Below, piece by piece: positions 37,286 through 51,261 of a DNA stretch of 64,000 nucleotides. Under the pieces are notes generated by a model. The model ran no database searches and had not been told where the DNA came from. It saw nothing but the letters and a program-made list of their open reading frames with translations. The translations under genes and the position numbers were made by a program. Numbering within the stretch: position 1 is the stretch's first letter; every line of letters begins with the position of its first letter. The stretch is taken from assembly GCF_006345805.1 (NCBI RefSeq), contig NC_043004.1, positions 10,478,001 through 10,542,000 of the forward strand, given 5' to 3'. This DNA is from Octopus sinensis. Its lineage: Eukaryota.

Positions 37286-38504
37286 TTCAAGAACACGGCC
37301 GCTGTGAACAACAGCATCACTTCTACATCTGTAACCCCACTTTCTCTCCTCTATCAACGACACCATCCTTAGCTCAGCTGATATAAAGTACTTAACCAAA
37401 TCTCATCAGTAGGTCTGCATGTTATCCCAACAAGACAATGTCATGTGCTTGGCTGTCTGGACTCCAGCAGATAGCAAACTAAGCAGGCGAAGCAGGCTGA
37501 GAAAGATTGAAAAAATAATCAAGAGATTAAAGTCTCTTTGAAAACCCATCAATAATTGTTCGATTTCGAAAGATTTTCATTAATAGCAGACAACATTCGA
37601 GGATAGGCGGAAGTAGGTGGAGATTGGTTCTTGGGATTACGCTTCGATTCTGGATATTGCCGAAATGTATTTGGTTCACGTGGTTTCTTCAATCCCCATT
37701 ATACAATCCTACATATAATCGACCTGCATGTATCTTCAAGAGTGGCGTGTGAAGACTTACTTGACGTCGTAAATAATTATCAAAAGTAAATCACTATTAT
37801 TAGCTTAAGACAAAGCTTGTTTTAAGGTGAAAGTAAGACAAGATGAACAAAATCAGAGAGAAATTCAGTATCTAGCTAGAAAATATCACGATCGCAACGA
37901 TTAATTTCACCTTTCTTTCTGCTTCACTCACCTCTGTTTCACCGTGCTATTGCTTGTCAAAATCAATCAGACAATAACGATATTTATTTCTATTTTTGTT
38001 CCTTATATTCACCATTAAACAGAAAAGCAGCAGACGATAGAACCGGTAGGTGAGAGAAAAATCAGCTAAATGGTCTGGCCAGCCGCACCTTCTTGCAGGC
38101 ACTGTTTTGTGTTTCCAACTTAAAACATATATATTTTAAAAAAAGTATGGTTCAAAACATCAAGATACCCATTTCTTGTTTTGGGTTACCGTTGTAAGCT
38201 AATAAAACAGTGACACAATCATCTTAAAATTGACGAACCTCGGCCTTATTGCGCATTATATGATGAAATAAGATCCTTGTATAACTAATGGAAATCAATG
38301 AATCTTTCAAAGCCTTTTTGACTCGTTAACCCTTCTAAAATGGATTGCTTCAATCACCAACAGGTCGAAGGCAGTCATATCTTTTTTTATTGTTATTGAA
38401 ACTACATTCTGTTTGCCGTCGTCCTCGTTGTTGATGTTTCTCTTGTTTCTGAGGTCCTTATAATTGTGGTTTTACTTTTATTGTTTTTCCCTCTACTCTT
38501 TCAA

Positions 38505-38641
38505 TTTGTTTCAGTCATTTGACTGGGGCCATGATGGAGCACTGCCTTTAGTCGAACAAATTGATCCCAGGAGTTCTTTTTTGTAAGCCTGGTACAAACA
38601 CAGACACACAAATACATACATGCATACATATATATATATAA

Positions 38642-38679
<38 letters not shown>

Positions 38680-38863
38680 TATATATATACACACACAAAA
38701 AGGGCTTCTTTCAGTTCCCTTCTACCAAATTCACGCACAAGACTTTGGTCAGCCCGAGGCTACGATAAAAGACGCTTACCCAAGGTGCCACGTAGTGGGA
38801 CTGAACGCAGAACATATGTGGTTGGTTACTTATTAAATTACTTTGCTTATACATACATACATG

Positions 38864-38902
<39 letters not shown>

Positions 38903-38913
38903 ATGTATGTATG

Positions 38914-38944
<31 letters not shown>

Positions 38945-39175
38945 GAAATATCCTTTTCATATGTATGTATGTATGTATATGTTTGTATGTCTGTGTTTGT
39001 CCCCCAACTTCGCTTGACAACCGATGCTGGTGTGTTTACGTCCCCGTAACTTAGCGGTTCGGCAAGAGAGACCGATAGAATAAGTACGAGGCTTACAAAG
39101 AATAAGTACCGGGGTCGATTTGCTCGACTAAAGGCGGTGCTCCAGCATGGCCGCACTCAAACGACTGAAACAATT
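38505..39175. mobile_element. Two family-B SINE copies (minus 38505-38830, plus 3' half 38975-39175) separated by microsatellites
   Basis: Family-B motifs in both orientations. Confidence 0.85.
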
Positions 39176-39924
39176 AAAATAAAATATAAAAATACAAGAG
39201 TATAAATATAAAAAATAAATTGTAAGGAAACCAGAACAGAGTCCCTTCACGCCCATCTCTACGATCGTTTCAAACGATCGTTAATATACAATCGTTAATA
39301 TACAAGCCATTAAGGAAATCCAGCGGCAACACTTTTCTGTTCTAGACTCTTTTCTGGTCACCTTACACTTTATTTGTTATATTTATACTCTTGTATGTTT
39401 ATATATATTTATATTTATTTTATTTTAGCTCCATTGCCTTAAATGTTTAGTCGCCTATATTATTTATTATTTTTTTCTATATATTTTTCTCCATTCGGCT
39501 TCACTCGTATTACCCTTTTAGGTTTAATCACATTTTATTCGTGTATATGTGTATATTTTATACTGTTGGGTTTTAACATTGCGTGTCCTATTAATTTGAC
39601 ATATATTTATATTCGATTTTTGATAATTTGGGAATGATATAAAGTTGTTTTGGCCGATTAGAATGTTTGTCCATTATACCTTCAATTTATTTCTGTATAT
39701 ACAGAAAAAAAAATATATATACTATATAGAGGGCATTACTATACATAAATGCCACACGCTAGGAGGGACTCTTAAAGTCAAAACTACCAAAATAAATAAA
39801 CACATCGTACCAAAAACAACTCTCGAAGCAAGTCATTTAAAAACAGATTTTAGCTGCAGATCACATGATTTCATAATTAGTGCAGCAATGCACGTTTTAA
39901 TCATCATCATCATCATATATATAT

Positions 39925-39998
<74 letters not shown>

Positions 39999-40410
39999 GT
40001 ATGTGTGTGTGTGTGTGTGTTATTTTAATAACAATACGCTATTCATCATAGGTAAATAGCAAAATTATTTATTTTAAATTCTATATCACCTCTAGTCAAA
40101 TACCAAGTAATATTATAAATTAGACTGGATCAATTATTTATAACAGTCATTAGTAAAAATCAATTTTTTTAGAATGTTACTTTTTTTTATATAAACTTCG
40201 TAATTTTTAATTATCAATATTTGATTTTTATTAATGATTATTATAAATAATTAATCCATTCTAATTTATAATATTATTTGCTATTTGACTTGAGATGATG
40301 TATCTTGAATATATTATTTTGATATTTACTTATGGATAAATAGCCTGTTGTTATTATAATAACATAGGTATTTTTTAATAATATTAAAGAATGAAAGGGA
40401 TATTCTTATA

Positions 40411-40451
<41 letters not shown>

Positions 40452-40589
40452 TAGTTGAATGAATTATCTTAGTATGGATAATTCGGTTAACCGATACCTG
40501 GGTAGCAAATTCACGTCAGAAAAACACGGTTGAAACTACATGCCAATGGCAGAGATCACGTGATTTCGTGTGGAAATTTTTTTTTTTAA

Positions 40590-40680
40590 TACAAATAGAT
40601 GAAAGAATGGAGTTGAACGACGATTTAACAAAATTCCTTTATTCTCGACATATGTTTCGAAGGCTGCATATTCCTAATTT
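40590..40680 (-). mobile_element. 5'-truncated PLE-type 3' end with the 3' half of a hammerhead
   Basis: The minus strand reads gcagccttc-GAAA-CATATG-TC|gagAATAAAgg (ACAUAUGU palindrome, GUC site). The CUGANGA half is absent. Confidence 0.55.
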
Positions 40681-40890
40681 CGAAGGAATAAGGGGTGCAT
40701 TATATATATATATTTATACAAACTTATAACCGTATAACCACAAACCCATACATATATATACAAACTTATAACCGTATAAACACATACCCATACATATATA
40801 TTCGCACAAACACAAATAAAATATACATGCATATACCCATTTATACATATAGATATGTATAGAACTACACACTGACATACATATATATAA

Positions 40891-40924
<34 letters not shown>

Positions 40925-40926
<2 letters not shown>

Positions 40927-41140
40927 AGTGGAGACGCGTGTTTTAGTGCTTAGGGTTGTTTCCATTCCTGGACAGGGCGACACGTTCTGATCTTGAGGAA
41001 AACACTTCATGTCACGTCGTTCCAGTCCACTCAGCTGATAAAAATGAGTAATCGTGCGACAGACCGGCGTCACGTCCAGGTAGGAAATACATACGCCATG
41101 AAACCGGGAAACTGGCCCTTGTGATCCTGACATGGTGCGA
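40925..41140 (+). mobile_element. SINE with V-domain-like central motif
   Basis: Degenerate tRNA head, then gtccttgagg-like/cagtccactcagctg, then tgcgacagaccggcgtcacgtccagg (resembles the V-SINE core, from recall). Confidence 0.5.
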
Positions 41141-41182
41141 GAAGGAAACATTTATTACTATTTATTTATATGTGTATATGTA

Positions 41183-42400
41183 TTAGGTCGTTAAGAATGA
41201 AATGTCCGATTTTCTTATGCACCAAGTTTGACGGTCGTTAACTCTAATGTTTTATCCTGTAAAATCTTTGTTTCACAACATTGAAGAGTTACATCACTTT
41301 TCGAAATGAAATTCACTGTGTCTGATTATATTATGAGTTTTCTCTTGTAAATCGATTTTTGTGAACCCATTCGTATTGTCTATGAATATGACGTCCGTCG
41401 TGGAACGAATGCATCTAAGAGAGCTTGCAACATCAATGAGATGTGGCAAATGAGGACACTGTACAACGAAGTTTCGGTCTGGTGACTTTACTCTTGAAAA
41501 TCAGTCCCGTGGTAGACCTGAGACCAAGGTGGATAATGACGAGCTGAAAATGGTAGTGGAAGCGGATACATCACAAATGACGCGTGAGTTAGCAGCAAGG
41601 TTTGATGTTTAAATTCCAACTCCATTGGACCATCTGAAACAAATCGGCAAGGTAAAGAAGCTGGGCAAGTGGATACCACACGAACAAAACGAGCATCAAA
41701 TGACACGCCGTGTTTGAACTTGCAGTTCTTTGCTGTCACGGCATAAAAGTGAAACATTTTTGCATCGTATTGTCATGTGTGATGAAAAATGGATTCTTTT
41801 CAATAGCAAGCGTTATGCATGGTAGTTGGATAGAGACGAAGTGCCAAAACACAATCCAAAAATAATATTCACCAAAAAAGCTAATAGTGTCTGTTTGGTG
41901 GTCCTGCGCTGGTGTCATCTACTACATCTTCATGAAATTTGGTTAGTTAATTGCAGCGGATGTATACATCAACCAACTGGATGAAATAGTGCGTGAACTT
42001 GGTCAATAGAGACAGGCCAATTCATTTGCAAGACAATACTCGACCTCATGTTACACAAAATTCGCTATTCAAGTTACAGGAACTGAACTTGGAAGTACTC
42101 TGTCAACCACCATATTCACCAGGCTTTGCACCAACTGACTATCATGTTTTCCAGGCAATAAACAACTTTTGCAAGGAAAAAACGTCTATTCTGAAGGAGA
42201 TGCAGAAACAGCCTTTCGTAATTTCATCTTCTCTTGCTCCCCAGAATTCTTCTCTACCGGCATAAATAAGCTACCGATAAAATGGCATAATTGTGTTGAT
42301 AATTTCGGTGCATAATTTGATTAACTGCATTGGTTTTTGTTGAGATAAATCAAAATAAACTTTTAGTTCAAAATCGGACAATTTATACTTAATGACCTGA
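41183..42400 (+). mobile_element. Full-length but degenerate mariner (1218 bp, D,D34D-type)
   Basis: TA-flanked ~30-bp TIRs ttaggtcgttaagaatgaaatgtccgatttt / aaaatcggacaatttatacttaatgacctga; motifs WIPHE, MCDEKW, HLQDNTRPH and PPYSPGFAPTDYH; many stops. Confidence 0.92.
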
Positions 42401-43569
42401 TATATATAATTGTATCTATATGTATGTATGGGTATATGTGTTTCTATGGATATACATATTTATTTATTTATGTGAGTGTGCGTGTGTACGTGTGATTTAT
42501 ATCTCAGTTAACTAGGCTCAAGGAATTCTGCCTGTCAACCGTCAGCCCTTAACCTGACAACTAGCCATAGATTATGTTCCACTTGTTAAGAAACCAAGTG
42601 TTCAATGACCCTATGCTACCGGTATGATCACTCTTCTCCTTACTGCTCTTATAATTTTACATTGTGGTTTAATCTTCTCGAATTTATTTCCTCCTGCTGT
42701 ATCGTATGCCTCGCAAAGTTATTGGCAATTTGCGTTACAAGAGACGTCTATATACACAGCGATGAGGTGTGGTGCAAGATTGCATCATCTTTCTATAAAC
42801 GTTATGTAATTTCGATGATACGCATGCGTGCCCCATAACGTACTGAATACCATACCTATTTTATGCATATCTTATACACAGGGCGGACATCCCCCCACAC
42901 GCACGCACGCACACATACATGCACGTAAGCACATGAACGTATACACACACAACAACAACAGCAGCAGATTGTTAGTGAACTCGTAGTTCTATCAACCGAA
43001 TGATTGCAGTTTTTTTCCTCTTGTATTTGATAAACTTTGGGAAATTCTTTCGGTGTGATTACTTATGTAATAGCAGATATACAGTCATGTGTCCAGTAGG
43101 TTAGCAGAACATTGTGGTGGTCCATGATATAGGTTTAAAATCTACAAAAAGTCCACCATCTCCCTTGTGTAATCCATCCCTTCATACCGCCGGAGTCCTC
43201 TATGTAGTTATTGATCTACTAAAAATATCAACAATTTCTTCCCTGTATTATACCGCCACCGACTTTAAAGAGGAAGTAGGAAGAAAACAATATGAATGAA
43301 GTACTGAATAATGCAGTCTTGGATATACAGTGATATGAAATAAAAAGGTGAAGTGGTCACAACTGGAACGCTGGCTGAGTTAGAACAAATCGATACCAGT
43401 GATTAATTTCTATTGCAGAATAACATCACAGCAGTTCTTTCTATCATTTACATCTCCGAAATTGTACTAGACATACATCAGCATTTCTTATTTTTGGCGA
43501 GAACAGGGTTGCTATCCAAACTAAATGGCGATGGAAGATATACAGATATACATACATACATATATATAT

Positions 43570-43659
<90 letters not shown>

Positions 43660-43688
43660 TACATATATATATATAATAATATATATAT

Positions 43689-43722
<34 letters not shown>

Positions 43723-44319
43723 ATTATATTATATATATTATATATATATATATTACATTATAGTATATTATATGTATTGTATCATATATTATCTTATATA
43801 TACGTAGATCTAATTTGGTAAATTTCAAACCCGAAGCTAAGTACTGGCGTCTAGGATTCTTTCAGAAGATTTGAAGACATTTTATTATTATTTTATTATT
43901 AATTTATCATATTTTTCTTTTGATAATTCCATAACACGTATCTGAAATCAATGTTTATCCGTTCTAAATCATTTCATTGAGATATATTTGAATCGTTGCT
44001 TAATTTCCGACAATGCCAATCAAGCCGTTTTGAGGCATTTCTCCACTAATTGACAAGATGATATTCTTCCTAATCACATTTGATTAACATCTAAACTTCC
44101 CCCATACTCCATACTCCATACGCCACTCACATTTTATCAATGTTACTGCACATATGCTTCATAACAACATAATCTGAAAGATGGGAAGAAGAAGAAGAAA
44201 TAGAGAAACACACACATACAAAAACAAAAAGATAAAGACGAACGAGGAAAAGGATGTAAAGCAGACATTGGAAAGAAGCGTAGAAAAGAAGGGAAGTCGA
44301 AAAAGGAGATGATAAAGAA

Positions 44320-44540
44320 GAAGATGAAGAAGAAGATCATAAAGAAGAAGAAGAAGAAGAAGATCATAAAGAAGAAGAAGAAGAAGAAGAAGAAGAAGAA
44401 GAAGAAGAAGAAGAAGAAGAAGAAGAAGAAGAAGGCAAGGCTTATGATGATAGAGGAGGAGGAAGAAGAACAAGATGATGAAGAAAACTATACTTAATCT
44501 CGATGAGGATTGGGATGATAATGAGGAGGTGGAAGAGGAG
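44320..44540. repeat. (AAG)n and GA-rich field
   Basis: Visible. Confidence 0.9.
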
Positions 44541-44714
44541 GGGTAGGAGAAGGAGGACGACAATGAAAAAGTGCAGACAACAAAACGGAAATCAGAATGT
44601 GAATTAAATAGGTGAATAAAAAAACAGAATCCGCAGTAATTCCAAGTGGCTGGATCTGTGAGGATTCCACATTCTATAAATGTCTTTTTTTTCTTCCGAA
44701 TTTTAACACAAGGC

Positions 44715-45576
44715 CTCTAGTTTTGAGAAGTGGGGGTTAGTTGATAACATTAACCAGATTGTTCAACCAGTATTTATTATATTGAGCCCGTATGGAAGAA
44801 TGATGAAATCGATTGCAGCGAGATTTGAACTCAGAACGTAAAGTGCTGGAAGAAATGCGGTTACGCATTTTGTCCGACGTGCTAGCGATTCGGCCATCTT
44901 GCGCCCTAAAAAAACAAAAAAAAAAAAAATAGGGACAATAAAACATCATAATAATTCTTTCTGCTATAAGTACAAGACCTGAAATTTTGGTGGAGTGGGG
45001 CCAGTCGATTGAATAGACCCTAGTGTTCAGCTGGTACTTATTTTATCGACCCTGGAAGGATGAACGGCAAAGTGGGGCCCGGTGGAATTTGAACTCTGAA
45101 CGTAAGGTGCCGAAAGAAATATCGCAAGGCATTTTTCTAGAGAGAGTTACTCACTTTACTCTTACTCTTTTATTTGTTTCAGTGATTAGACTGCGGCCAT
45201 GCTGGAGCACCGCCTATTAGTCTAGCAAATCGACCCCAGGACTAATTCTTTGTAAACCTAGTATTTATTCTATCGGTCCCTTTTGCCGAATCGGTAAGTT
45301 ACGGGGACGTAAACACACCAGCATCAGTTGTCAAGCGATGTTGGTGGGGGGGGGGGGGACAAACTTAGACACACAAGCATATACACACATACATATATAT
45401 ATATATTTACATATATACGATGGGCTTCTTTCAGTTTCCGTCTACCAAATCCACTCACAAGGCTTTGGTCGGCCCACGGCTATTCTAGAAGACACTTGCC
45501 CAATGTGCCACGCAGTTTGGACTGAACCCGGAACCATATGTGGTTGCTAAGCAAGCTACTTAACACTCCTGCGCCG
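44715..45576 (-). mobile_element. Cluster of two family-A-related SINEs (44715-44906, 44955-45135) and one family-B SINE (45150-45576)
   Basis: Family motifs as above. Confidence 0.85.
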
Positions 45577-46270
45577 AACAAATAAATAAATAAATAAAAA
45601 AAGTCGAGCACAGTCGATTAAAGTTTGATAGTTTGTTTATCGAATAGAAAGAAGAAGCAGTTTTATTCAATCGTCCTCGGCGGGGTTTGAGCGCAGAAAC
45701 ACAAATTGAATGGAATCTGACGACAAAGACGAAAAACAACGGCAACAATAACAACACCACCACCAACAACAACAACAACGACGACGACAAAAGCCATTAT
45801 AGCAAGAAGAAAAATCACTGAATACAAGAATTACACATAATAACATCAACTAAATAAACAATGGCAAAGGAAGATATTGGCGGTAAACAAAAGAAATCAT
45901 TATTATTGTTGTTATTATTATTATTCCTATTATTTATAATATGAAATGAAAACAAAAAAAAAAATATGAATTATCATAATGTTAGATATGATAGTAGGAA
46001 GATTTTGATTTGTTTTTTTTTTGTTGTTGTTTTGTTTTGGTTTTTGTCTTCAAATACATTGAAGGAAAGAATATAAATGGTGCAATGGAAGAAGATCTTT
46101 GAAATTTTACAAAAGATTTTCCATTGTATATGGTTCAGCGAAGGATTGTTGAAGCACTGGTGCGTGACGGAGACATTCGTAAAATAAATAACGAATTGGG
46201 ATTTTAGAGACATACACACACACACACATACACACACACATACACACAAAAAGATATTTTTGTGCTGTTT

Positions 46271-46315
<45 letters not shown>

Positions 46316-46338
46316 TACTACTACTACTACAACTACTT

Positions 46339-46372
<34 letters not shown>

Positions 46373-46419
46373 CACTACCACCACCACCACCATCATTATT
46401 ACAACTACTACTACTACTA

Positions 46420-46451
<32 letters not shown>

Positions 46452-46570
46452 ACTACTACTACTACTACTACTAGTATTAATATTGGTACTATTAGTAATA
46501 GTAAAAGATGAGTTAGTAAACGATGACTATTATGATTATGATGATGATGATGATAACGATGATGTTATAG
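46271..46570. repeat. (TAC)n/(CAC)n/(GAT)n field
   Basis: Visible. Confidence 0.95.
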
Positions 46571-46999
46571 TGATGACGATGATGAGAGATGAATAATTAA
46601 ATCTGAAAGAAAACATAGAAAGTAGTGGTAAGAAAGGAAAAAAGGAGGGACAGAGGAAGCGGGAATGGAAGGAAGAAGTAAAAAAAGTGGAAATAAATAG
46701 CAGGAAAAAGTAGAAGACGACGTAGAAGATGGTGGAGGAAGAGTGAGAACGAAGAAGTAGAAGCGTAAAGGAGTAGTGAAGTGGAAATGGGACGTGGAAA
46801 GGCTAGGAAAGGAAGCTGGGGGGAAGGAGTGTAACTTCAAAGGGGCAAGAGTATAAATAAAATATTAAAAAAAAAAACAAAAAAACAGAAGGGAGATGAA
46901 ATAAGAAATAAGATAAAACACCGAAGACGAGTAATCATAATGACGAGTTTCAAGATAGGCAGAAAGTCAGAAATATACTGGAAGGGAAAAGCCGACTAC

Positions 47000-47575
47000 A
47001 TAGGTTTCGAATTTTGGCACGCAAAAGACTAGCAATTTCGGGAGAGGGGGTGTGTCAGTTATATTGACCTCCAGTACTCTTCAACTGGTCCTTATTTTAT
47101 CAACCTTGATAGGATGAAAAGCAAAGTCAAACCCTGACGGAATTTTATCTCACAATGTCTCAGCTTCTCAGCTTGCTCGTGGAATTAACGTGCAAGTGGC
47201 CGAGCATTCCACAGACACGTGTACCCTTAACGTAGTTCTCGAGGAGATTCAGCGTGACACAGAGTGTGACAAGGCTGGCCCTTTGAAATACAGGTACAAC
47301 AGAAACAGGAAGAAAGCGTGAGAGAAAGTTGTGGTGAAAGAGTACAGCAGGGTTCACCACCACCCCCTACAGGAGCCTTGTGAAGTTTTAGGTGTTTTCG
47401 CTCAATAAACACTCACAAAGCCCGGTCTGGGAATCGAAACCGCGATCCTACGACCGCGAGTCCGCTGCCCTAACCACTGGGCCATTGCGCCTCCACATCT
47501 CACAACGTAAAGACGGAGGAAATAGCGTTAAGCATTTTGCCCGGCGTACTAACTATTCTGCCAGCTCGCCGCCTT
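47000..47575 (-). mobile_element. Family-C SINE (47159-47495) nested in a family-A-related SINE
   Basis: TSD atctcacaatgt (~47147) / atctcacaacgt (~47497); the host continues on both sides. Confidence 0.85.
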
Positions 47576-48864
47576 GAAAAAGTCGATTATATATAAATAA
47601 CTTGACCGGTACTTTATTTTATCATTGAAAAGACATTGTCCATGGACCATAATGTCTGCAATGCTTTTCCTAATCACTTCCTCAAATTTGTTCGCTAGCT
47701 CTATTGCACTCTATTGTTCTCTGTTGCTCTTTGCTAAACAATTCATTCTCCAATCGCTCTCGCTCTCTCTCTCTCTCTCTTGAGTTTATACCCTACTGAG
47801 ATCTTGTAATTGACTAATTGACTCCCTGATGGTCTTTACGCTCGAGGACAAAACTTTTAGCTTCTAGACGTTAGATACCTGATTATCCCTGTCTAAATGT
47901 CCTGTCATGTTCGACTATGCAGATCACAAATTTCGGAGCTATGTAGTCGGGTGGTTTAACATGTAGAAACTCTAAACTTTCCCTGTCTACCGATTAAAGA
48001 ACTACTTTAATACCAAGCTGAACCGTCGCAGTTGCCCAAATCCACACTGGTGCATTCAGGAAAATTAGACTGACGATTCACGCAAATATCTTGTACTTGT
48101 TGTAGACGAGCTCGGGTTCCCGCGTCCTGGAAATTTATTTCTTCACTACATATTTATTTCTTCACTACATATTTATTTCTTCACCTGAAACTGGTCGGCA
48201 GGTACATTTTCTCCTCTACGGACAGATTTCCACAGATATTTATCTATAGTTTTCTTTCGTGTTTGCTATGTCAGTCGGAGAAAGAACAAGGTGCAAATTT
48301 CGCATTTTGATTTGGGTGTTAAGCAATTAACTCGGCTCTCTCCGTAGCTAGATTCTCCAAACACTCTTCAAAACAGCATTCTCTTTGCTGTGGGAAATTT
48401 TGTCAGCCCATACAAATTTATACTGTAAAGTCTTGCAGTATTCTGTTTTTAGGGATTACATTATATTATATTGTATTATATTATATTATATCATATTATA
48501 TTATATTATATTATACTATATTATACTATATTATATTATATGTATTATATTTTATATTATCTTATATATACTTAGATTAATTTGGTAAATTTCAAACCCG
48601 AAGCTAAGTATTGGTGTCTAGGATTCTTTCAAAAGATTTGAAGACATTTTATTATTATTTATTATCTATTGTTTTTTTTTTCTTTTTCAATATTTTTGTT
48701 ACTGTGCTGTTATACGTGTTCGAACTGTACACTCTGATTTCAAGTTTGCAATAGTAACATTTATAGAACTTGATTCTTTTGTGAGACCGGCAGTTGCTTT
48801 TCTTCCTACTGCTACTGCTGCTGCTGTCTACTTGCAATTCGTTTACGGCATGAACTTACTCTTG

Positions 48865-49614
48865 CATGGCTTAAGCTTTGAGACATGCATGTGACTTCTG
48901 TGTTACCCAAGAGCAACCATTAAGAAAAAATTACCTCAAATACAGAATAGACAACACATCAGAATGTGATAAATGCAGAAATCGTAGACAAAATGGTGAA
49001 ACCGTATGACATATTACCAGTCAATGTACGCTACTAGCCCAGAAAGATTATAAGAGGCGTCATGACAACATAGCAAGGATTGACCATTGGACACTTTGCA
49101 ACAAGGATGAACTTGACAGAGCAAAAGAGTGTTACGAATATAAACCCGAAGGCGCCATTGAAAATGAAAATGCAAAGATCCTAAGAGATTTTTATTCAGT
49201 GCTACGATGAGTCAGAGAATAGGATACCAGACAGAGTGTTAATTGAGAAAGAAAGCAAACTATGCTGGATCATAGATATAGCATGCCCAGATGACAACAA
49301 GGTATGCGATAAGGAAGAACAGAAAGTCGATATATATGACAGGTTAGCTTGGGAGGTTAAACAGTTGTGGTCTCTCAAAAAGGTGGTAGTAGTACCAGCA
49401 ATTGCCGGAGCCCTACGAACAGTTAGCCAAAATACCATGAGAAGTACATGGAACAAATAGGGGCTGAAATAAGGGTTGAATACTTACAGAAAACAGCACT
49501 ACTTGGAACCGCTCGAATACTCCGGACGGTGCTCAATAAATAAGGGGTGTTACTTTAATTCACTGGTAGTGAACATCTGACACCTCCAGTGTTAGAAGCT
49601 GTGCAAAGACAATA
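48865..49614 (+). mobile_element. R4/Dong-like fragment (CCHC knuckle + RLE), degenerate
   Basis: KCR..ETV*HITSQC..QKDYKRRHDNIAR..PD..IIDIACPDD..VVVP..GAL; followed by (AAT)n. Confidence 0.85.
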
Positions 49615-49619
49615 AAATA

Positions 49620-49680
<61 letters not shown>

Positions 49681-49684
<4 letters not shown>

Positions 49685-50237
49685 GCCCTGATGCAGTACC
49701 AGGCAGTGGCTCTCGTGGCTTTTGATCTTAACTGATTGGAAGTGTTATCATGTACATTGTTTTGTCTTGGTATAAAAGATGGGCTACAGCAAATATTCTG
49801 CTCAATACCACAGAGTTGCTTGTCAGTTGTTTGACCTTAACAGTTGAGTATGTCCCTAAGTGGCTGACGATATGTGCATCTCTGATCACGAGCAGAAGTA
49901 GTGGGAGAGCATCAAAGCCATATGTTGAGAGGGATTCTTTGGGGCTTGAATAATTCACCTCTGGAAACATGGGTGTTTCGTTCAAGTTTCTTAAACAACC
50001 CTTATTCATGGACCTATTGAGCGGGATTGGTTACTCTACCAGGAGATAATTCTAACTGGGCCCCACCTGCAAGGTCATGTACTGTTTATCTTGATATGAG
50101 ATCGCCATGTCGCGCACTTATGGTTGTGATGCATGTGTCTAGTGTACCCTTATCAGACGGGTAGTCATGATGGATTTACTGGGCTTTGTATATTTTACCC
50201 CACTGTCACTTTGTTGGCATGCACTGCTCTCTCACTC

Positions 50238-50238
<1 letters not shown>
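49681..50238. mobile_element. Non-coding element bounded by (AAT)n; truncated second copy at 51893-52105
   Basis: Both copies start aaatgccctgatgcagt immediately after (AAT)n and are highly similar over ~210 nt. Confidence 0.7.
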
Positions 50239-50289
<51 letters not shown>

Positions 50290-51179
50290 GAACAGCAACG
50301 AACCATGATAAAACGATGGCTAGAAAAGCCCCTTCATGGTAAATACTGGACTAAACTAAACGCAAAAGAAATAGACAAAGAAAAATCCCAGCAATGGTTG
50401 AGAAGCTCAGGACTCAAAGCAGAGACAGAGGGATTTTTAATTGCAGCACAAGACCAAAGCCTCCCCACCAGAAATTACCAAAAACATGTAATGAAAAGAA
50501 ATGTAACAAGTAACTGCAGAATATGTGGAGATGGACAAGAAACAATAAATCATATTATCTCTGGCTGCCCAGTCCTGGCTAAGAAGGAATATATTCACAG
50601 ACATGACAGAGTTGGAACCTACATACACTGGAAGCTATGCCAACATTATGGAATAACAACAGAAAAAAGATGGTATAGGCACACACCAGAAAAGGTCATA
50701 GAAAACGAGAAAGCAACCATACTCTGGGATATGCCGATACACACAGATAGAGAAATTAAGGCCAACAGACCAGATATAGTTGTCAGAGATCATGAAGAAA
50801 AAAAATGCTTTCTAATTGATGTATCAATACCGGCAGATGGCAACGTGTCTCTAAAAGAAATGGAGAAACTTTCAAAATACAAAGACCTGGAAATAGAGGT
50901 AACCAGAATGTGGAATCTAAAAACAGAAACAATTCCTATCATAGTAGGTGCATTAGGCATGATAAAAAAAATATTCAGACAAATACATAACAAAAATACC
51001 AGGACTTACAAACATATATAACATACAGAAAATTGCACTACTAGGCACTGCACACATCCTACGCAGAGCACTTTCCATACAATAACCATCAGAGCATCAC
51101 AACAAATCACAGCACATACCCAAGGCACACAGAGCTTCGCTCGGTAGTGAAGTGAAGGCACGCTATAAAAATAAAACCA

Positions 51180-51182
<3 letters not shown>
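50290..51182 (+). mobile_element. R4/Dong-like 3' fragment, largely intact (CCHC + RLE + 3' UTR)
   Basis: AAQDQSLPTRNY..CRICGDGQETINHIISGC..RHDRVG..NRPDIVVRD..LIDVSIP..KYKDL; (AAT)n on both sides. Confidence 0.93.

Positions 51183-51260
<78 letters not shown>

Positions 51261-51261
<1 letters not shown>

Noticed and set aside
37385-37412. Minus-strand CUGAUGA-GAU..AUC
   Set aside because: No GAAA at the required position.
48133-48184. 19-bp unit atttatttcttcactacat x2.7
   Set aside because: Ordinary slippage minisatellite with no further structure.
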